Assembly: GCF_039654945.1 (NCBI RefSeq)
Contig: NW_027361716.1
Span: 21,142,001 to 21,206,000 of the forward strand
DNA from: Dendrobates tinctorius
Taxonomy: Eukaryota
Direction: 5' to 3'
DNA: 64,000 nt
Shown: one piece after another, positions 11,340 to 24,590 of the stretch
Numbering within the stretch: the stretch's first letter is position 1
Layout: every line of letters begins with the position of its first letter
The notes under the pieces: generated by a model
Seen by the model: only the letters and a program-made list of their open reading frames with translations
What the model was told of the DNA's origin: nothing
Databases searched by the model: none
Program-made: the position numbers and the translations under genes

Positions 11340-14300
11340 ACGGGGGGGCCACTGGACCCCAGGGTCTCTCAGGATACTTGGCATGAAATGCCCGGACCAA
11401 CCGATCCGCATGAACCGATCGGGCAGGAACCCACGACCAGTCCTCAGGACCGTAGCCTTTCCAATGCACAAGATATTGAAGAGAACGACGGACCAAATTG
11501 GAGTCAACAATTCGTTCCACCTCGTGCTCAGACTGCCCGTCTACCAAAACCGGTGGCAGGGAAGACAATAATCCCTCCCCACAGGACCCCACAGGTTTCA
11601 AAAGGGCCCTATGGAACACATTGGGGATCCATAGAGACGGCGGGAGACGCAACCGAAAAGCCACCGGGTTAACCGCCTCGGTAATTTCATAGGGACCAAT
11701 AAAGTTAGGTCCAAGCTTCGCAGAGGGGACCTTGAGCCTTATATTCTTGGCAGACAACCATACCTTATCCCCAACCTGGAACACCGGCCCCACGGACCAT
11801 TTTTGTCTGCAAAAAACTTATATTTAGCCTGAGCCTTCGTAATGATACTCTGGACTTCCCGCCATACCTCCCCTAACTGCTGGATAGTCTCATCTGCTCC
11901 AGGACACCCAGAGTCCAAACGGGAGAACTCTCCAAAATGTGGATGAAACCCATAGTTGCAGAAAAATGAGATGTACCCGTAGACTGGTTAATGCAGTTGT
12001 TAAACGCAAACTCGGCCAAAGGTAACACCAATCATCCTGTCGGGCTGAGGTCAGGCAACGCAGAATTTGCTCCAGAAACTGATTGGTCCGCTCAGTTTGC
12101 CCATTAGTCTCTGGATGATAAGCGGATGAAAAAGACAGACCAATACGCAACCTCTTACAAAATGCCCTCCAAAATCTGGAAACAAATTGTACCCCCCTAT
12201 CAGACACCATATTCAAGGGTACCCCATGCAACCACACCACATGCTCAACAAACATTCTGGACAATGTTTCCACATTAGGTAGAGCCGCCAAGGGTACAAA
12301 ATGTGCCTACTTACTAAACCTGTCCACCACTACCCAAATGACGGTATTACCCTTGGAAGGGGGAAGATTGGTGATGAAATCCATGGACAAATGGGTCCAT
12401 GGTCTACCAGGAATTGGCGGTGGCACAAATTCCCCGGCTGGCCGGTTATGGGGGGTTTTCGCACGGGCACATACATCACAAGCAGACACAAATTCCCCAA
12501 CATCAGAGGCTAAAGAAGACCACCAGAATACCCTAGCGATGGCCTTCCGGGTAGCCAAGATCCCTGGATGTCCACCCAGAACTGAGTCGTGGATCTCCCG
12601 AAGGACCTTGAGACGAAATTGAGCTGGCACAAAAGTTTATCCACCGGCTTAGCCAGAGGGGCAAGAGACTGAGCTTCCCAAATCGCCCGCTCCAACACAT
12701 TAGAAATACCTGCCACCACCACCCCAGGCTGAAGAATGGAGGATGGAGGTTTGGGGGGGACACCGGATCCAGACTGCGTGACAAGACATTTTTGGATCCT
12801 GGCCGAAAAGTGATGGAGAACTGGAATCGGGAAAAAAAAGTGACCATCTAGCCTGTCTAGGAGTCAACCTTTTAGCTGACTCAATGTAAGCTAGGTTCTT
12901 GTGGTCCACAATTACGGTTATAGGATGGACAGCCCCCTCCAAAAAATGCCTCCATTCTTCAAAGGCTAACTTCACGGTCAGAAGTTCTCGATTCCCAACA
13001 TCATAGTTTCTCTTCGCAGGGGAGACTTTCTTAGAGAAAAAGGCATAGGGTCTCAAATTAGTCAAAGTGGCGGGTCCTTGGGACAACACCGCCCCCACCC
13101 CCACCTCTGAGGCGTCCACCTCAACAATAAATGGTTCAGAAGGGTCCGGTTGAATAAGAACCGGAGCAGACATGAAACATTTTTTTAAAAACTGAAACGC
13201 CGCTATCGCTGCCGCTGACCAATTCTTGATATCGGCCCCCTTTTGAGTCATATCTGTGAGAGTTTTAACTACCTGTGAGAACCCCCTTATAAACTTGCGG
13301 TAATAATTAGCGAATCCTAGGAAATGCTGCAGAGCCTTCAAATCACAAGGTTGAACCCAATCAACAATGGCCTGCACCTTATTAGGATCCATGCGATACC
13401 CCTCAGCAGACACAATGAATCCCAGAAAAGACAGTTCCTGAACAAAAAATAAACATTTCTCTAGCTTAGCAAAGAGACAGTTCTCCCGGAGCCTTTGGAG
13501 AACTACCCGAATATGACCAATGTGAGCCTGTTCATCAGGTGAGTAGATAAGTATGTCATCCAAATACACAACCATAAAACGTCCAATAAAATCAGAGTAC
13601 ACATGATTGATGAAATTTTGGAAGACTGCTGGTGCATTGGTCAGACCGAAAGGCATGACCAAATTCTCAAACAACCCTTCAGTAGTGAGAAAAGCAATTT
13701 TCCACTCATCTCCCTCCCGGATCCGGATAAGGATATATGCTCCCCGTAGATCTAATTTCGAAAACCACTTAGGCCCAGACAACTGGTTGTACAAATCAGG
13801 AATAAGTGGGAGGGGGTAAGTATTTCTCACAGTTATCTTGTTTAACTCTCGAAAATCGAGGCATGGGCGCAAACCACCGTCTTTTTTTTTACGAAAAAGA
13901 ACACCACCGCCATGGGAGAGACAGAAGGATGACTGTGTCCTTTACGAAGACTCTCGGAAATGTATTCTTTCATAGCAGCCCGCTCGGGACCCGAAAGGTT
14001 ATACAAGCGGGCCTTGGGCAATTTAGCACCTGGAACCATGTCAATGGCACAATCAAATGGGCGGTGTGGTGGTAAAACTTCAGCCTCTTTTTCGGCGAAA
14101 ACGTCCGTATAGTCCTTCAGGTACTCCGGAATACCTTCCACACCAACGGACGACACAGACACAGTAGCAAGACATCTTTCAGAACAATTAGGTCCCCATT
14201 TAACAATATCCCGGGAACCCCAGTCAATAATCGGGTTATGCCTTTGCAACCAGGGAAACCCTAACACCAGACCAGCAGAGAGGTTATCCAAAACAAAACA

Positions 14301-14600
14301 TGACATACGCCTCTGGTGAAGGGTCCCCACCCTGAGGGTGAATTCCTCAGAAACAAAATGGAGACCGTCCTTGATGAGAGGTGTAGAATCAATGGCCATT
14401 ATTTTTATAGGAGTCTCCAACCTAACTGTCCCTAATCTACAGCTGGCCACCAGCTTGGAGTTAATCAGGTTCTAGGATGACCCACAGTCCACAAAAGCCG
14501 AAGTAGGGAAAAAGCAGTTCTTAACACCAAGTTCCACCTTTATCAGTATCTTAGAAAATGAAGAAAGGGGTACCTGAGAGTCTGAGTGACCTCCAAGATG
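11340..14600 (-). pseudogene. pol of the chromovirus (PR, RT, RNase H, integrase, chromodomain), disrupted
   Basis: AFVDCGS protease motif; LDLRGAY..VYLDDILIYS; EVDASEVGVGAVLSQ; SDRGVQFVSRFW..HPETNGQTERTNQ; GPYEI; HEVERIVDS..LQYLVHWKGYGPEDWSW. Confidence 0.95.
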
Positions 14601-14609
14601 ATCACCCAG

Positions 14610-15461
14610 ACTCAGCCGCTTGTTAGGGCAGGAGGGGCAGTCCTTTTTCCAATGTTCAGAATCACCGCAGTTTTCCAAAGCGCCGTCATCTCCTTTCTTT
14701 CTCTTTGAGGTCGATGGTTCCCATCTCCATGGTCTCCAATGTAGGACTGGCTCCCCTTCCTTGGGAGAATAACGGGGTCTCAATCTGCATCACTCCTCTT
14801 GCCTGTAGCCTGCGATCCATTTGGACGGCCTGTGTCATAGCATCCTCCAGAGAATCAGGCAGAGGGTGGAGTGCCAAGGCATCTTTCAGATGTTCAGACA
14901 GGCCTCTACGGAACAAGCCCCGAAGGGCGGCATCATCCCAGAAGACCTCAGCAGCCCAGCGTCTGAACTCTGAGCAAAACCACTCGGCAGAGTGCTTCCC
15001 CTGACATACACTCATCACCATGTCCTCAGCCATACGCACCCGATCAGGCTCATCATACATATATACAGCAGGGCCTCAAAAAATGCATCCACAGTCATAC
15101 GCTCAGGGGCGGTGGTCCGAAGGGAGAAAGCCCATGCCTGCAGGGCTCCCCTTAACAGAGACATAATGACCCCCACTCTCTGACTTTCATCCCCAGAAGA
15201 GTGTGGTCTTAATGAGAAAAAAAGCTTACAGCCCTCCTTGAAAACTTTAAATTCCTTTTTATCTCCAAAAAGGTATCTGGTAATTTAACCGGGGACTCGG
15301 GAAACTAATGTAACATCTTGAGCCCCCGATGATAAAACCCCCTGCACAGTGTCAGAGATCAGCTGCTGAGACTGAGCCAGGACTCGTTGCTCCCCAATAA
15401 GTTTATGAGACATCTGAGTCAGGTGCTTTACCTGCTCAGAAAGAGCGTGCATAGGATCCAT
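14610..15461 (-). pseudogene. gag of the chromovirus (frameshifted)
   Basis: ATG at 15461 (MDPMHALSEQ...), QGKHSAEWFCSEFRRWA..WDDAALRGLFRRGLSEHLKDAL, and a partial zinc knuckle CGDSEHWKKDC. Confidence 0.85.
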
Positions 15462-16802
15462 CACACACAGGAGAAGGAAAAAAAAAAAAGGTAACGGTCA
15501 GTTATAATGTCAGGATCCTGTCAGCGTTGGCAAACTGCCACGGCTGAGCAGGGTGACTTACCCACACTACGGGTGGGCCCGGGGTCCGATGCTACAGTGA
15601 AAGTTCAAGCAGACAGGACCTGCGACACTGAAAGTAGTAAGGAGTACAAGAACCTACGATCATGTGACTGCAGGGGGTGGGGCTTAGCGTCCTACTGCTG
15701 CAGATGTAATATAGTTACTGCAGAAATACTGTAGTAGAGAAGAGGGAAACGCAGGTCAGACAAGCAGAGGTCATACACAGAGAGGGCGGTGCGGTACCAG
15801 AGGGATGATCAGAGAATAGTCAAGTCACAGGCAGAGAGTCATACACAGAGAGGGTAGCGCAGTACAAGAGGGACAGGCAGAACTCATAACAGGCACAGAA
15901 TCGGATCTAAACCAAACAAGCGACAAGTTATCAGGCACAAGGCACATGTACGCAAGAGGTCAACTAACTCAGCCGAGGGCAGGAGCATAACTGACACTTG
16001 ACCTAGGTCGAGTGGCCACTAAATAGCTGCCCTCTGCCAGAGTGAGGTAGAAGCAATTAACCCCTGTCTGACCAGGACGGGCCAAAGACAAAACCCCGTC
16101 CTGGATAATGACACCAGCAGTCTTTTCCCCCCAACTGTTTCCATCTGCTTATGATTTTTCATGTTGGGCCCAACATTTTGCATGCACTTCATCACCGTTC
16201 TTCGGGATGCCCATGTACGGGTACTAATATTGTTTGATACTGTGTATACTGCATACCTTGTATTGTCGAGCACCAAAGAACGAAGGAAGAGAATAAACCA
16301 CCACCATGGAGTATAGTCCTAAAATGATTTTATTAAATATTACATACAAACCCAAACTGCTATATACCAATAGAAAAGGGGCAGGTCACCAGCTTAAAAT
16401 GCAAAATTTCATGTAAATACAGCCAATCACAAAAATGACCTCATATTAATATTGAACAACCATATTAAAGTGCAATAGTGTTGAAACAATACCTTCAATA
16501 ATAGTGATAAATGACCTATCATCATAATTGAGCGTACCCTCACAAGAAAGTGCTAAGTGCAAAAGGACAAAAAAGCTAAGATGGTCATACAAAATAGCCA
16601 ACCTAAAATAAGGTAGTGCAAAACAGGTCAGAATTATCTATATCAAAATACAAAGCCCAATGCTCATATAATAGAAGCCAAATGAGCAATTATAAATAAA
16701 TAAGTAGCCAAAAAAACCGACCTAAATACAAAGTAGAGCACAGGGAAAGTAACTTACTGCAGTGTAAGCGGTGACCAAAATTTCCCCTGCCGCCCTGGCA
16801 TT

Positions 16803-17301
16803 GTATTTTGTCTTCCAATAAGACAATGATCCCAAACATAAAGCAAAATCTACAATGGAATGGTTCACAAATAAACGTATCCAGGTGTTAGAATGGCCAA
16901 AAGTCCAGACCTGAATCCAATCGAAAATCTGTTGTTCACAAACGATCTCCATCAAACCTGACTTAGCTCGAGCTGTTTGCCAAGGAAGAATGGGCAAGAA
17001 TTTCAGTCACTCGATGTACAAAACTGATAGAGACATACCCCAAGCGACTTGCAGCTGTAATCGCAGCAAAACGTGGCGCAACAAAGTATTAAGTTAAAGG
17101 AGCCGAATAATATTGAACACCCCAATTTTCAGTTTTTACATTTCCACAAAAATTTAAAATAACCAATAAATTTAGTTCAACTTCACATTTGTGCTCCACT
17201 TGTTAATTCTTCACCAAAAATTTACATTTGGTATCTTATTGTTTGAAGCATGATATGTGGGAAAAGGTTGAAAAGTTCCAGGGAGCCAAATACTGGCACT
17301 G
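16803..17301 (+). mobile_element. Tc1/mariner 3' remnant (transposase C-terminus and right end)
   Basis: [32 protein letters not shown]; ends ...cactg|ta. Confidence 0.85.
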
Positions 17302-17302
17302 T

Positions 17303-18260
17303 AGCAACCATAACTCGTCCGGATATAACAGCCATAGTTGGAATTCTCTGCCTATGTGTAAGCAAGCCACGCCAAAAATAATGGAATGCAATTAAGAGAA
17401 TTCATCAATATATTAAAGAAACTCAAAGGCTAAATCCTAAGATATCTGTATCAGGAGATCTCACTCTCAGAGGTTATGTTTAGGGATTGGGCTGGAGATT
17501 CAAGTGATCGGAAATCAACAAGTGGTTACTTGTTCAAGTTAGGAGAAAATTCAATCTCTTGGTCCAGCAGAAAACAAATGTCAGTCACATTATCGTCTAC
17601 AGAAGCAGAATACATGTCTGCTGCTTATGCAAGACAAGAAGTAATTTGGTTGAAACAACTTTTGGAAGATTTCGGCAAGCCATTAGCTCAACCAACAGTT
17701 ATCTATGAGGACAACCAAGGACGCATTAAACGTGCCAGCTGTGAGAAGATTAGTGCAAGGACTAAGCACATTGATGTAAAACATCACCACTTACGTGACT
17801 TAGTGGAACGTGGTGTTCTCGAGTTTGTTTATTGCGAGTCTGACAAGATGATAGCTGATGCTATGACAAAGCCATTATCAAGAGCCAAGTTTGTGGACTT
17901 CAGAACCGCAATGGGACTAACAGGATAAGTAGTTGTTGAGTGGGGGTGTTGGAATATGTTTGGTGCAACAACTCCATTCTTGTCTATAAGTGTTTAGTTG
18001 CTAGATTTGTATTCTGTTTATAAAGTTAAAAGAAAAACTCCCAGAGGCTCACACAGGGAGAGCATGTGACTGTATTTCCTGGTTTTCCTGTGTCTGTGTA
18101 AGAGAGAAGGAGCCTGCTGTAGATGATGCACAGATAGAGACACACAAATGATTTATTCCTGGTCTATTAAGCTTATCATATATTGTTCCTGATTGTTCCC
18201 GAATAAAGAAGCGCTGTTGTCACACGCTTGGAGAGTATCCTGAATAATTCACTGCCAACA
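17303..18260 (+). mobile_element. Ty1/Copia 3' remnant: RT end, RNase H, PPT and 3' LTR (17947-18260)
   Basis: TRPDI..., DWAGDSSDRKSTSGY, SWSSRKQ..LSSTEAEY, YEDNQ, RTKHIDVKHH, ADAMTKPL; PPT gagtggggg; LTR TGTTGG...CCAACA with AATAAA. Confidence 0.92.
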
Positions 18261-18503
18261 CTGCCAGTGGTTGCGTCTGTCTGCGGGTGTCTGTGTGTGT
18301 GTGTACCCCATGCTACAACCAGCCCATAGTGATTGTACTTAGGCGTCGTCTGATGGGACTACTACTCCCATCTAGCTATGTCTGCTGTCACATATAACAG
18401 AGACAGCATGAGCCGATGATGGGAGAATAGTCTCATCACCTGACACCTGTGTTCAATTGTAAAAAAAAAAATCAAAACATTTACATAATTACGTACCTAA
18501 AGA

Positions 18504-19837
18504 CAGTGGTGTAACTATAAAGTTATGGGCCCCGGTGAAAACTTTCAAAAGGGGGCCCCCCCATGCCAAAATACACACATATCTCAGCTCCGTACACCTC
18601 GTAACACCCGGCTCTGCTCCGTACATCTCGTACACATGCGGCTCCTCTCCGTCCACCTCATACACATGCGGCTCCGCTCCGTACACCTCGTACACATGCG
18701 GCTCCTCTCTGTCCACCTCGTACACATGCGGCTCCGCTCCGTACACCTCGTACACACGCGGCTCCGCTCCGTACACCTCGTACACACGCGGCTCCTCTCC
18801 GTCCACCTCATACACATGCGGCTCCGCTCCGTACACCTCGTACACATGCGGCTCCGCTCCGTACACCTCGTACACATGCGGCTCCTCTCTGTCCACCTCG
18901 TACACATGCGGCTCTGCTCCGTACACCTCGTACACACGCGGCTCCTCTCTGTCCACCTCGTACACATGCGGCTCCGCTCCGTACACCTCGTACACATGCG
19001 GCTCCTCTCTGTCCACCTCGTACACATGCGGCTCCGCTCCGTACACCTCGTACACACACGGCTCCTCTCCGTACACCTCGTACACACGTGGCTCCTCTCC
19101 GTACACCTCATACACACGCGGCTCCGCTCACCTCGTACACACGCGGCTCCGCTTCGTACACCTCGTACACATGCGGCTCCTCTCCATACACCTCGAACAC
19201 ACGCGGCTCCTCTCCCTACAACTCGTACACATGCAGCTCCACTCCGTACACCTCGTACACACACGGCTGTGCTCCATACACCTCGTACACACATGGCTCC
19301 GCTCTGTACACCTCATACACACATGGCTCCGCTCCATACACCTTGTACACACATGGTTCCACTCACCTCATACACACACAGCTCTGCTCCGTACGCCTTG
19401 TACACACACGCTCCGCTACATCCACCCTGTAAATCCCTCCTGACCCCACACAGAAACTACCTCATCCAGCACCATGACAACCAGCACAGCAGAGTCCTGC
19501 AGAAAACGAGGCCCCTGATCATGTGACCCCCTGACTCCTCCCCTCCTGTGACCTCATCACAGGTCCTGTGCGCACAGAAAAGAACAGCCTAGGTAGTCAT
19601 TGCAGGCTGAGGGGGGCTGCGGTGGGTCTATCTAGGAGGGTGAGGATGGGGTGCATGGGGGGGCGTTGCGGCTCAGTACAGTGCAAGAAGAATAGACTCC
19701 GCGGGGGGTCAAAAACGGGATTGTCCTGCGAGAATCGGGACGGTTGGGAGATATCTTGGTCTGACCTGCCGGGCCCCTGACTCCCCCCAGGCCCGGTTGC
19801 AGTGGAGACTGCTGAGACCGTGGTAGTTACGCCCCTG
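18504..19837. mobile_element. Non-autonomous hAT-like DNA transposon
   Basis: Terminal inverted repeats CAGTGGTGTAACTA / TAGTTACGCCCCTG; no clean 8-bp TSD seen. Confidence 0.6.
18585..19420. repeat. 30-bp minisatellite inside the hAT-like element
   Basis: Unit tacacatgcggctccgctccgtacacctcg, ~27 copies. Confidence 0.95.
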
Positions 19838-20687
19838 TATATTGAGATACAAAGTACATACTCACCGAACACCTAATCCCCGGCGCCCGCGTCTCCCTCA
19901 AGCAAGCAAAAATAATAAACCAACATATACTCCCTGTCCGCAGAAGTCCATTTAATACCAAGTGTCTCACGGCGATCTCACATGTAGAACAGTCACATCG
20001 GGAGTTCATCAGCTGATCAACTCTAGATCTCACGCAGCGGTGCCGTAAGTGAGAGCACCGGAGCTGATGAACTCCGGTGAACTCTCAAAGCAGCGCAGTG
20101 ATACACTGCGGGAGCGATTACCTCCTGTCATTGTATCACCGTCAGACAGGTAGAGTGGTCACATCCTGGGACGGTTGTAGGCAAAAGTTTAAAATGGGGC
20201 ACCAAATGCTAACATATTGCACATCACAGAGAAGCATTTCTGTTGTATTTACATGCGCTGAGTTCAGGCCGCAAAACGAGTGTGATCTACAATACTGAAG
20301 TCGTTCGACGCTTGTTTCCCGGCCTCTTTCCACCGGCTGAGGAATAATGATGGGGACAGAGCATCGGATAGTGGTATAAGAAAAAAATAGGATCAACTTG
20401 CTGAATGTATAAAAAATACCTTCTTTATTTCACACCATTAAAATAACAATGGAATCCATGTGAATAAAAACAGATCACATTCATACGCATTTCTCGCTAT
20501 CAGCCCTTAGTCATAGAATGTGATCAATAAAATAAGTTTCTGATTTTATCTTTGGATACAAACTCCTCTCTTTTTTGCATGTCTGTATATCTAATGGAGT
20601 TTTCCTTGGGCTAATGCCCATTTGGTGGTTTGGAATTTCTGCTGTCGACCACTAGTGATTATGATCCTTGCCTCTGGGATTTTGTAT

Positions 20688-21320
20688 TATCTATCCTTAA
20701 TGCAGCAGCCAGGGTCGTCCATCTAGCTAATTGGTACTCAGACGTGACCGCTCTTCGCCAGTCGTTACACTGGCTGCCCATTCACTACATGATCCTATTC
20801 AAAGTACTTGTTCTCACCCACAAAGCTCTCCACAGTGCGGCACCCCCTGATATCTCCTCCCTCATTTCTGTCTATCGGCCTAGCTGATCGCTGCGCTCTG
20901 CAAATGACTTTCGACTAACCTCTGCACTGATCCATACCTCCCACTCTGGAATGCTCTACCCCAAGAAACTAGGACCAACCACAACTTGCACAGTCTTAGG
21001 CGCTCCCTCAAAACACATTTGTTCAGAGCAGCCTATCACGTTCTCTAATCGACATCATTTTATGTGTGTGTGTATAGCCATTCACTACCTCTATCTATCC
21101 CCCACTCCCTCAAGATGGCAGGACCATCATTGTAAATACACACCTGTACTTTGTATCTCCCCCACCTCATTGTAGATTGTAAGCTCTCACAAGCAGGGTC
21201 GTCTTATTTTGCTTTAGTTATTGTATTGTTAACGTTGTTACTTATGACTGTTGTGTTTGAAACTGCTAAACTGTAAAGCGCTGCGGAATATGTTGGCGAT
21301 ATATAAAGATTATTATTATT
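20688..21320 (+). mobile_element. L2-clade LINE 3' end
   Basis: SILNAAAR..LHWLPI..FKVLVLTHKALH ORF2 tail; 3' UTR ctgtaaagcgctgcggaatatgttggcg followed by a (TTA)n tail. Confidence 0.85.
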
Positions 21321-21567
21321 ACAATGTAGCCCTACTCATATAGTATAGTGCAGCCCCCATAAAATATAATGTAGCCCCCTCATAAAGTATAATGAAGCCC
21401 CCATACAATATAATCCCGACCCCCACAGAATTTAAAGCAGCCTCCACAGAATACAATGTACCCCCTCATATAGTGTAATGTAGCCCCCTCAATCACCCCG
21501 AGTGGAGAAAGCAGAGGGCCGGGCGGTCCACGCGTCACCCCGACGTTCGTTTCGGAGGAATTCTCCT

Positions 21568-23243
21568 TCAGCAGGCAGTATCACACAGGATAGGATTAGA
21601 TACACAGCTGAGCAGTCAGTATCACACAGGATAGGATTAGATACAGGGCTCAGCAGTCAGTATCACACAGGATAAGATTAGATACACAGCTCAGCAGTCA
21701 GTATCACACAGGAGAGGATTAGACACATGGCTCAGCAGGCAGTATCACACAGGATAGGATTAGATACACAGCTGAGCAGTCAGTATCACACAGGATAGGA
21801 TTAGATACACGGCTCAGCAGTCAGTATCACACAGGATAGGATTAGACACATGACTCAGCAGACAGTATCACACAGGATAGGAATAGATACACAGCTCAGC
21901 AGTCAGTATCACACAGGATAAGATTAGATACACAGCTCAGCAGTCAGTATCACACAGGATAGGAATAGATACACAGCTCAGCAGTCAGTATCACACAGGA
22001 TAGGATTAGACACACAGCTCAGCAGTCAGTATCATACAGGATAGGAATAGATACACAGCTCAGCAGTCAGTATCACACAGGATAGGATTAGACACATGAC
22101 TCAGCAGACAGTATCTTACAGGATAGGAATAGATACACAGCTCAGCAGTCAGTATCACACAGGAGAGGATTAGACACATGGCTCAGCAGGCAGTTTCACA
22201 CAGGATAGGATTAGATACACAGCAGCAGTCAGTATCATACAGGAAAGGATTAGACACATGGCTCAGCAGACAGTATCACACAGGATAGGAATAGATACAC
22301 AGCTCAGCAGACAGTATCACACAGGAGAGGATTAGACACATGGCTCAGCAGTCAGTATCACACAGGATAGGATTAGATACACAGCTCAGCAGTCAGTATC
22401 ATACAGGATAGGATTAGACTCATGGCTCAGCAGACAGTATCACACAGGATAGGAATAGATACACAGCTCAGCAGTCAGTATCACACAGGAGAGGATTAGA
22501 CACATGGCTCAGCAGTCAGTATCACACAGGATAGGATTAGATACACAGCTCAGCAGTCAGTATCACACAGGATAGCGATAGATACACAGCTCAGCAGTCA
22601 GTATCACACAGGAGAGGATTAGACACATGGCTCAGCAGGCAGTATCACACAGGATAGGATTAGATACACAGCTCAGCAGTCAGTATCACACAGGATAAGA
22701 TTAGATACACAGCTCAGCAGTCAGTATAACACAGGATAGGAATAGATACACAGCTCAGCAGTCAGTATCACACAGGATAGGATTAGACACATGGCTCAGC
22801 AGACAGTATCATACAGGATAGGAATAGATACACAGCTCAGCAGTCAGTATCACACAGGAGAGGATTCGATACATGGCTCAGCAGTCAGTATCACACAGGA
22901 TAGGATTAAATACACTGCTCAGCAGTCAGTATCACACAGGATAGGATTAGATTCACTGCTCAGCAGTCAGTATCACACAGGAAAGGATTAGACACATGGC
23001 TCAGCAGGCAGTATCACACAGGATAGGATTAGATACACAGCTCAGCAGTCAGTATCACACAGGATAGGATTAGATACACAGCTCAGCAGTCAGTATCATA
23101 CAGGATAGGATTAGACACATGGCTCAGCTGACAGTATCACACAGGAAAGGATTAGACACATGGCTCAGCAGTCAGTATCACACAGGATAGGATTAGATAC
23201 ACAGCTCAGCAGTCAGTATCACACAGGATAGGATTAGACACAT
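21568..23243. repeat. 41-bp satellite array, ~41 copies
   Basis: Unit ggataggattagatacacagctcagcagtcagtatcacaca. Confidence 0.97.
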
Positions 23244-23356
23244 GCCGCGTGCTTAGTTACCCGCTATTTACCTTGGACACCAGCATCCTCGCTGGTACTG
23301 ATCGCTGGTGAGTCTGCCTGTTTGAGAGCTCACCAGCGATCATGTAGCGATGCAAG

Positions 23357-24076
23357 TGTGGGGATGGTGACTTGATGGATAGACGTGACTGGCAGTAGGA
23401 GGGGACGGTTTGTGCACCAGAGACGGAGATTGACAGGATAGAAGGGTGACATCTGGGAAAGGTAGATAGGAGGGTGTAGTACTGAGAAATGACCACAAGA
23501 TGGCAGGGGAGAGTAGTTGAGGACTGAACATCAGCTTATGGCTCAAGAAAAGGCTTAGTCATGGGGGGCGGGGAGCTAGGAACCCAAGAGGGGAATTCCC
23601 GGTGAGAGAGGGGATAAATAGAAAAGGGTAGGGTTCCAGGCAGGTTAGTCCAGGGAGGAGCTCGGTAGAAGATGGTGAAGAGAGAAGAGCTCGACCAGGG
23701 GATGGACAGCAAAGAGACAGTCAGGGGGGTGGCCCTGACCTGACGGACCGCAGGACAGACGAGGCCCCGGGGGTACCGATTGGACGACGACCTCGGGCAG
23801 GTGAAGTGCTAGCGGTAGATTGGTCTAGGACAGCCCCAGCAAAAGATCCGTGAGGGACGTTACTTCGACTGGAGCAAAGGTGCAGCTACCCGGGCCTGGA
23901 GACAGAGAATTGTAAAGTGGCTGCGGTGCGTGGCTATGGTCGTCAGGAGGACGACGTATAAATCCGGAACTGTTACAACCGAAATCTGTCTCTGCCTCGT
24001 CCTTGCATCGCCTAGTGTCTGTGTCATCCAGACAGGGTAAGCAGCGGTCCACCCCCCTATCCGGCCCCCTACCACA
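23357..24076 (+). mobile_element. Solo LTR, same family as the LTR at 26260-26981, inserted in a MITE-like repeat
   Basis: TGTGG...CCACA termini; colinear high similarity to 26260-26981; flanks carry accagcgatc MITE-like repeats; TSD not clear. Confidence 0.85.
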
Positions 24077-24590
24077 CACCAGCGATCCTGACCAGGTCGT
24101 ATCGTTGTCGGGATTGCTGGTGCGTCGTTTAGTGTAACGGGAAACTTAGGGCAAATCCCTCAACGCTCTGATTCTGACCCCAGGGTTCTATTAAAGGGAT
24201 CATTGGCATGCAAGTCATGGAAAATCCACTCAGTGCTCTGGTTCTGATGCCAGTCTCTCTTAAAGGGATCCCCGGTATGGAAGTGAGGGCAAATTCACTC
24301 TGCGCTTTGGTACTGACCCCAGGTCTCTCTTAAACGAATCTCCGGTATGGAAGTTAGGGTAAATCCCTCAGCACTCTGATTCTCACCCCAGGCTTCTATT
24401 AAAGGGATCATTGATATGGAAGTCAGGACAAATCCACTCAGTTCTCTGGTTCTGACACCAGGCTGACGGGATGATGTGGGATATTAGGCGTATTAGTCTG
24501 GTGGCTCTGGCTGATGGGATGACGTGGGATATTAGGGGTAGTAGTCTGGTGGCTCTGGCTGATGGGATGATGTGGGATATTAGTGGTAGT

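Larger units (their letters stand above)
10712..16113 (-). mobile_element. Full-length but degenerate chromovirus (sushi/Tf1-type Ty3/Gypsy) LTR retrotransposon
   Basis: LTRs at 10712-11325 and 15508-16113 with TGTCA...TGACA ends; 5-bp TSD CCAGC at 10707-10711 and 16114-16118; PPT at ~11326-11340; gag-PR-RT-RH-IN-chromodomain order. Confidence 0.97.

Noticed and set aside
18489-19526. ORFs of 200-330 aa on both strands
   Set aside because: These are translations of a 30-bp minisatellite, open in several frames.
20480-20520. Possible hammerhead on the minus strand (atgactaag...gaaatgcgta)
   Set aside because: It lacks an intact CTGANGA core; at most a decayed Penelope-like remnant.
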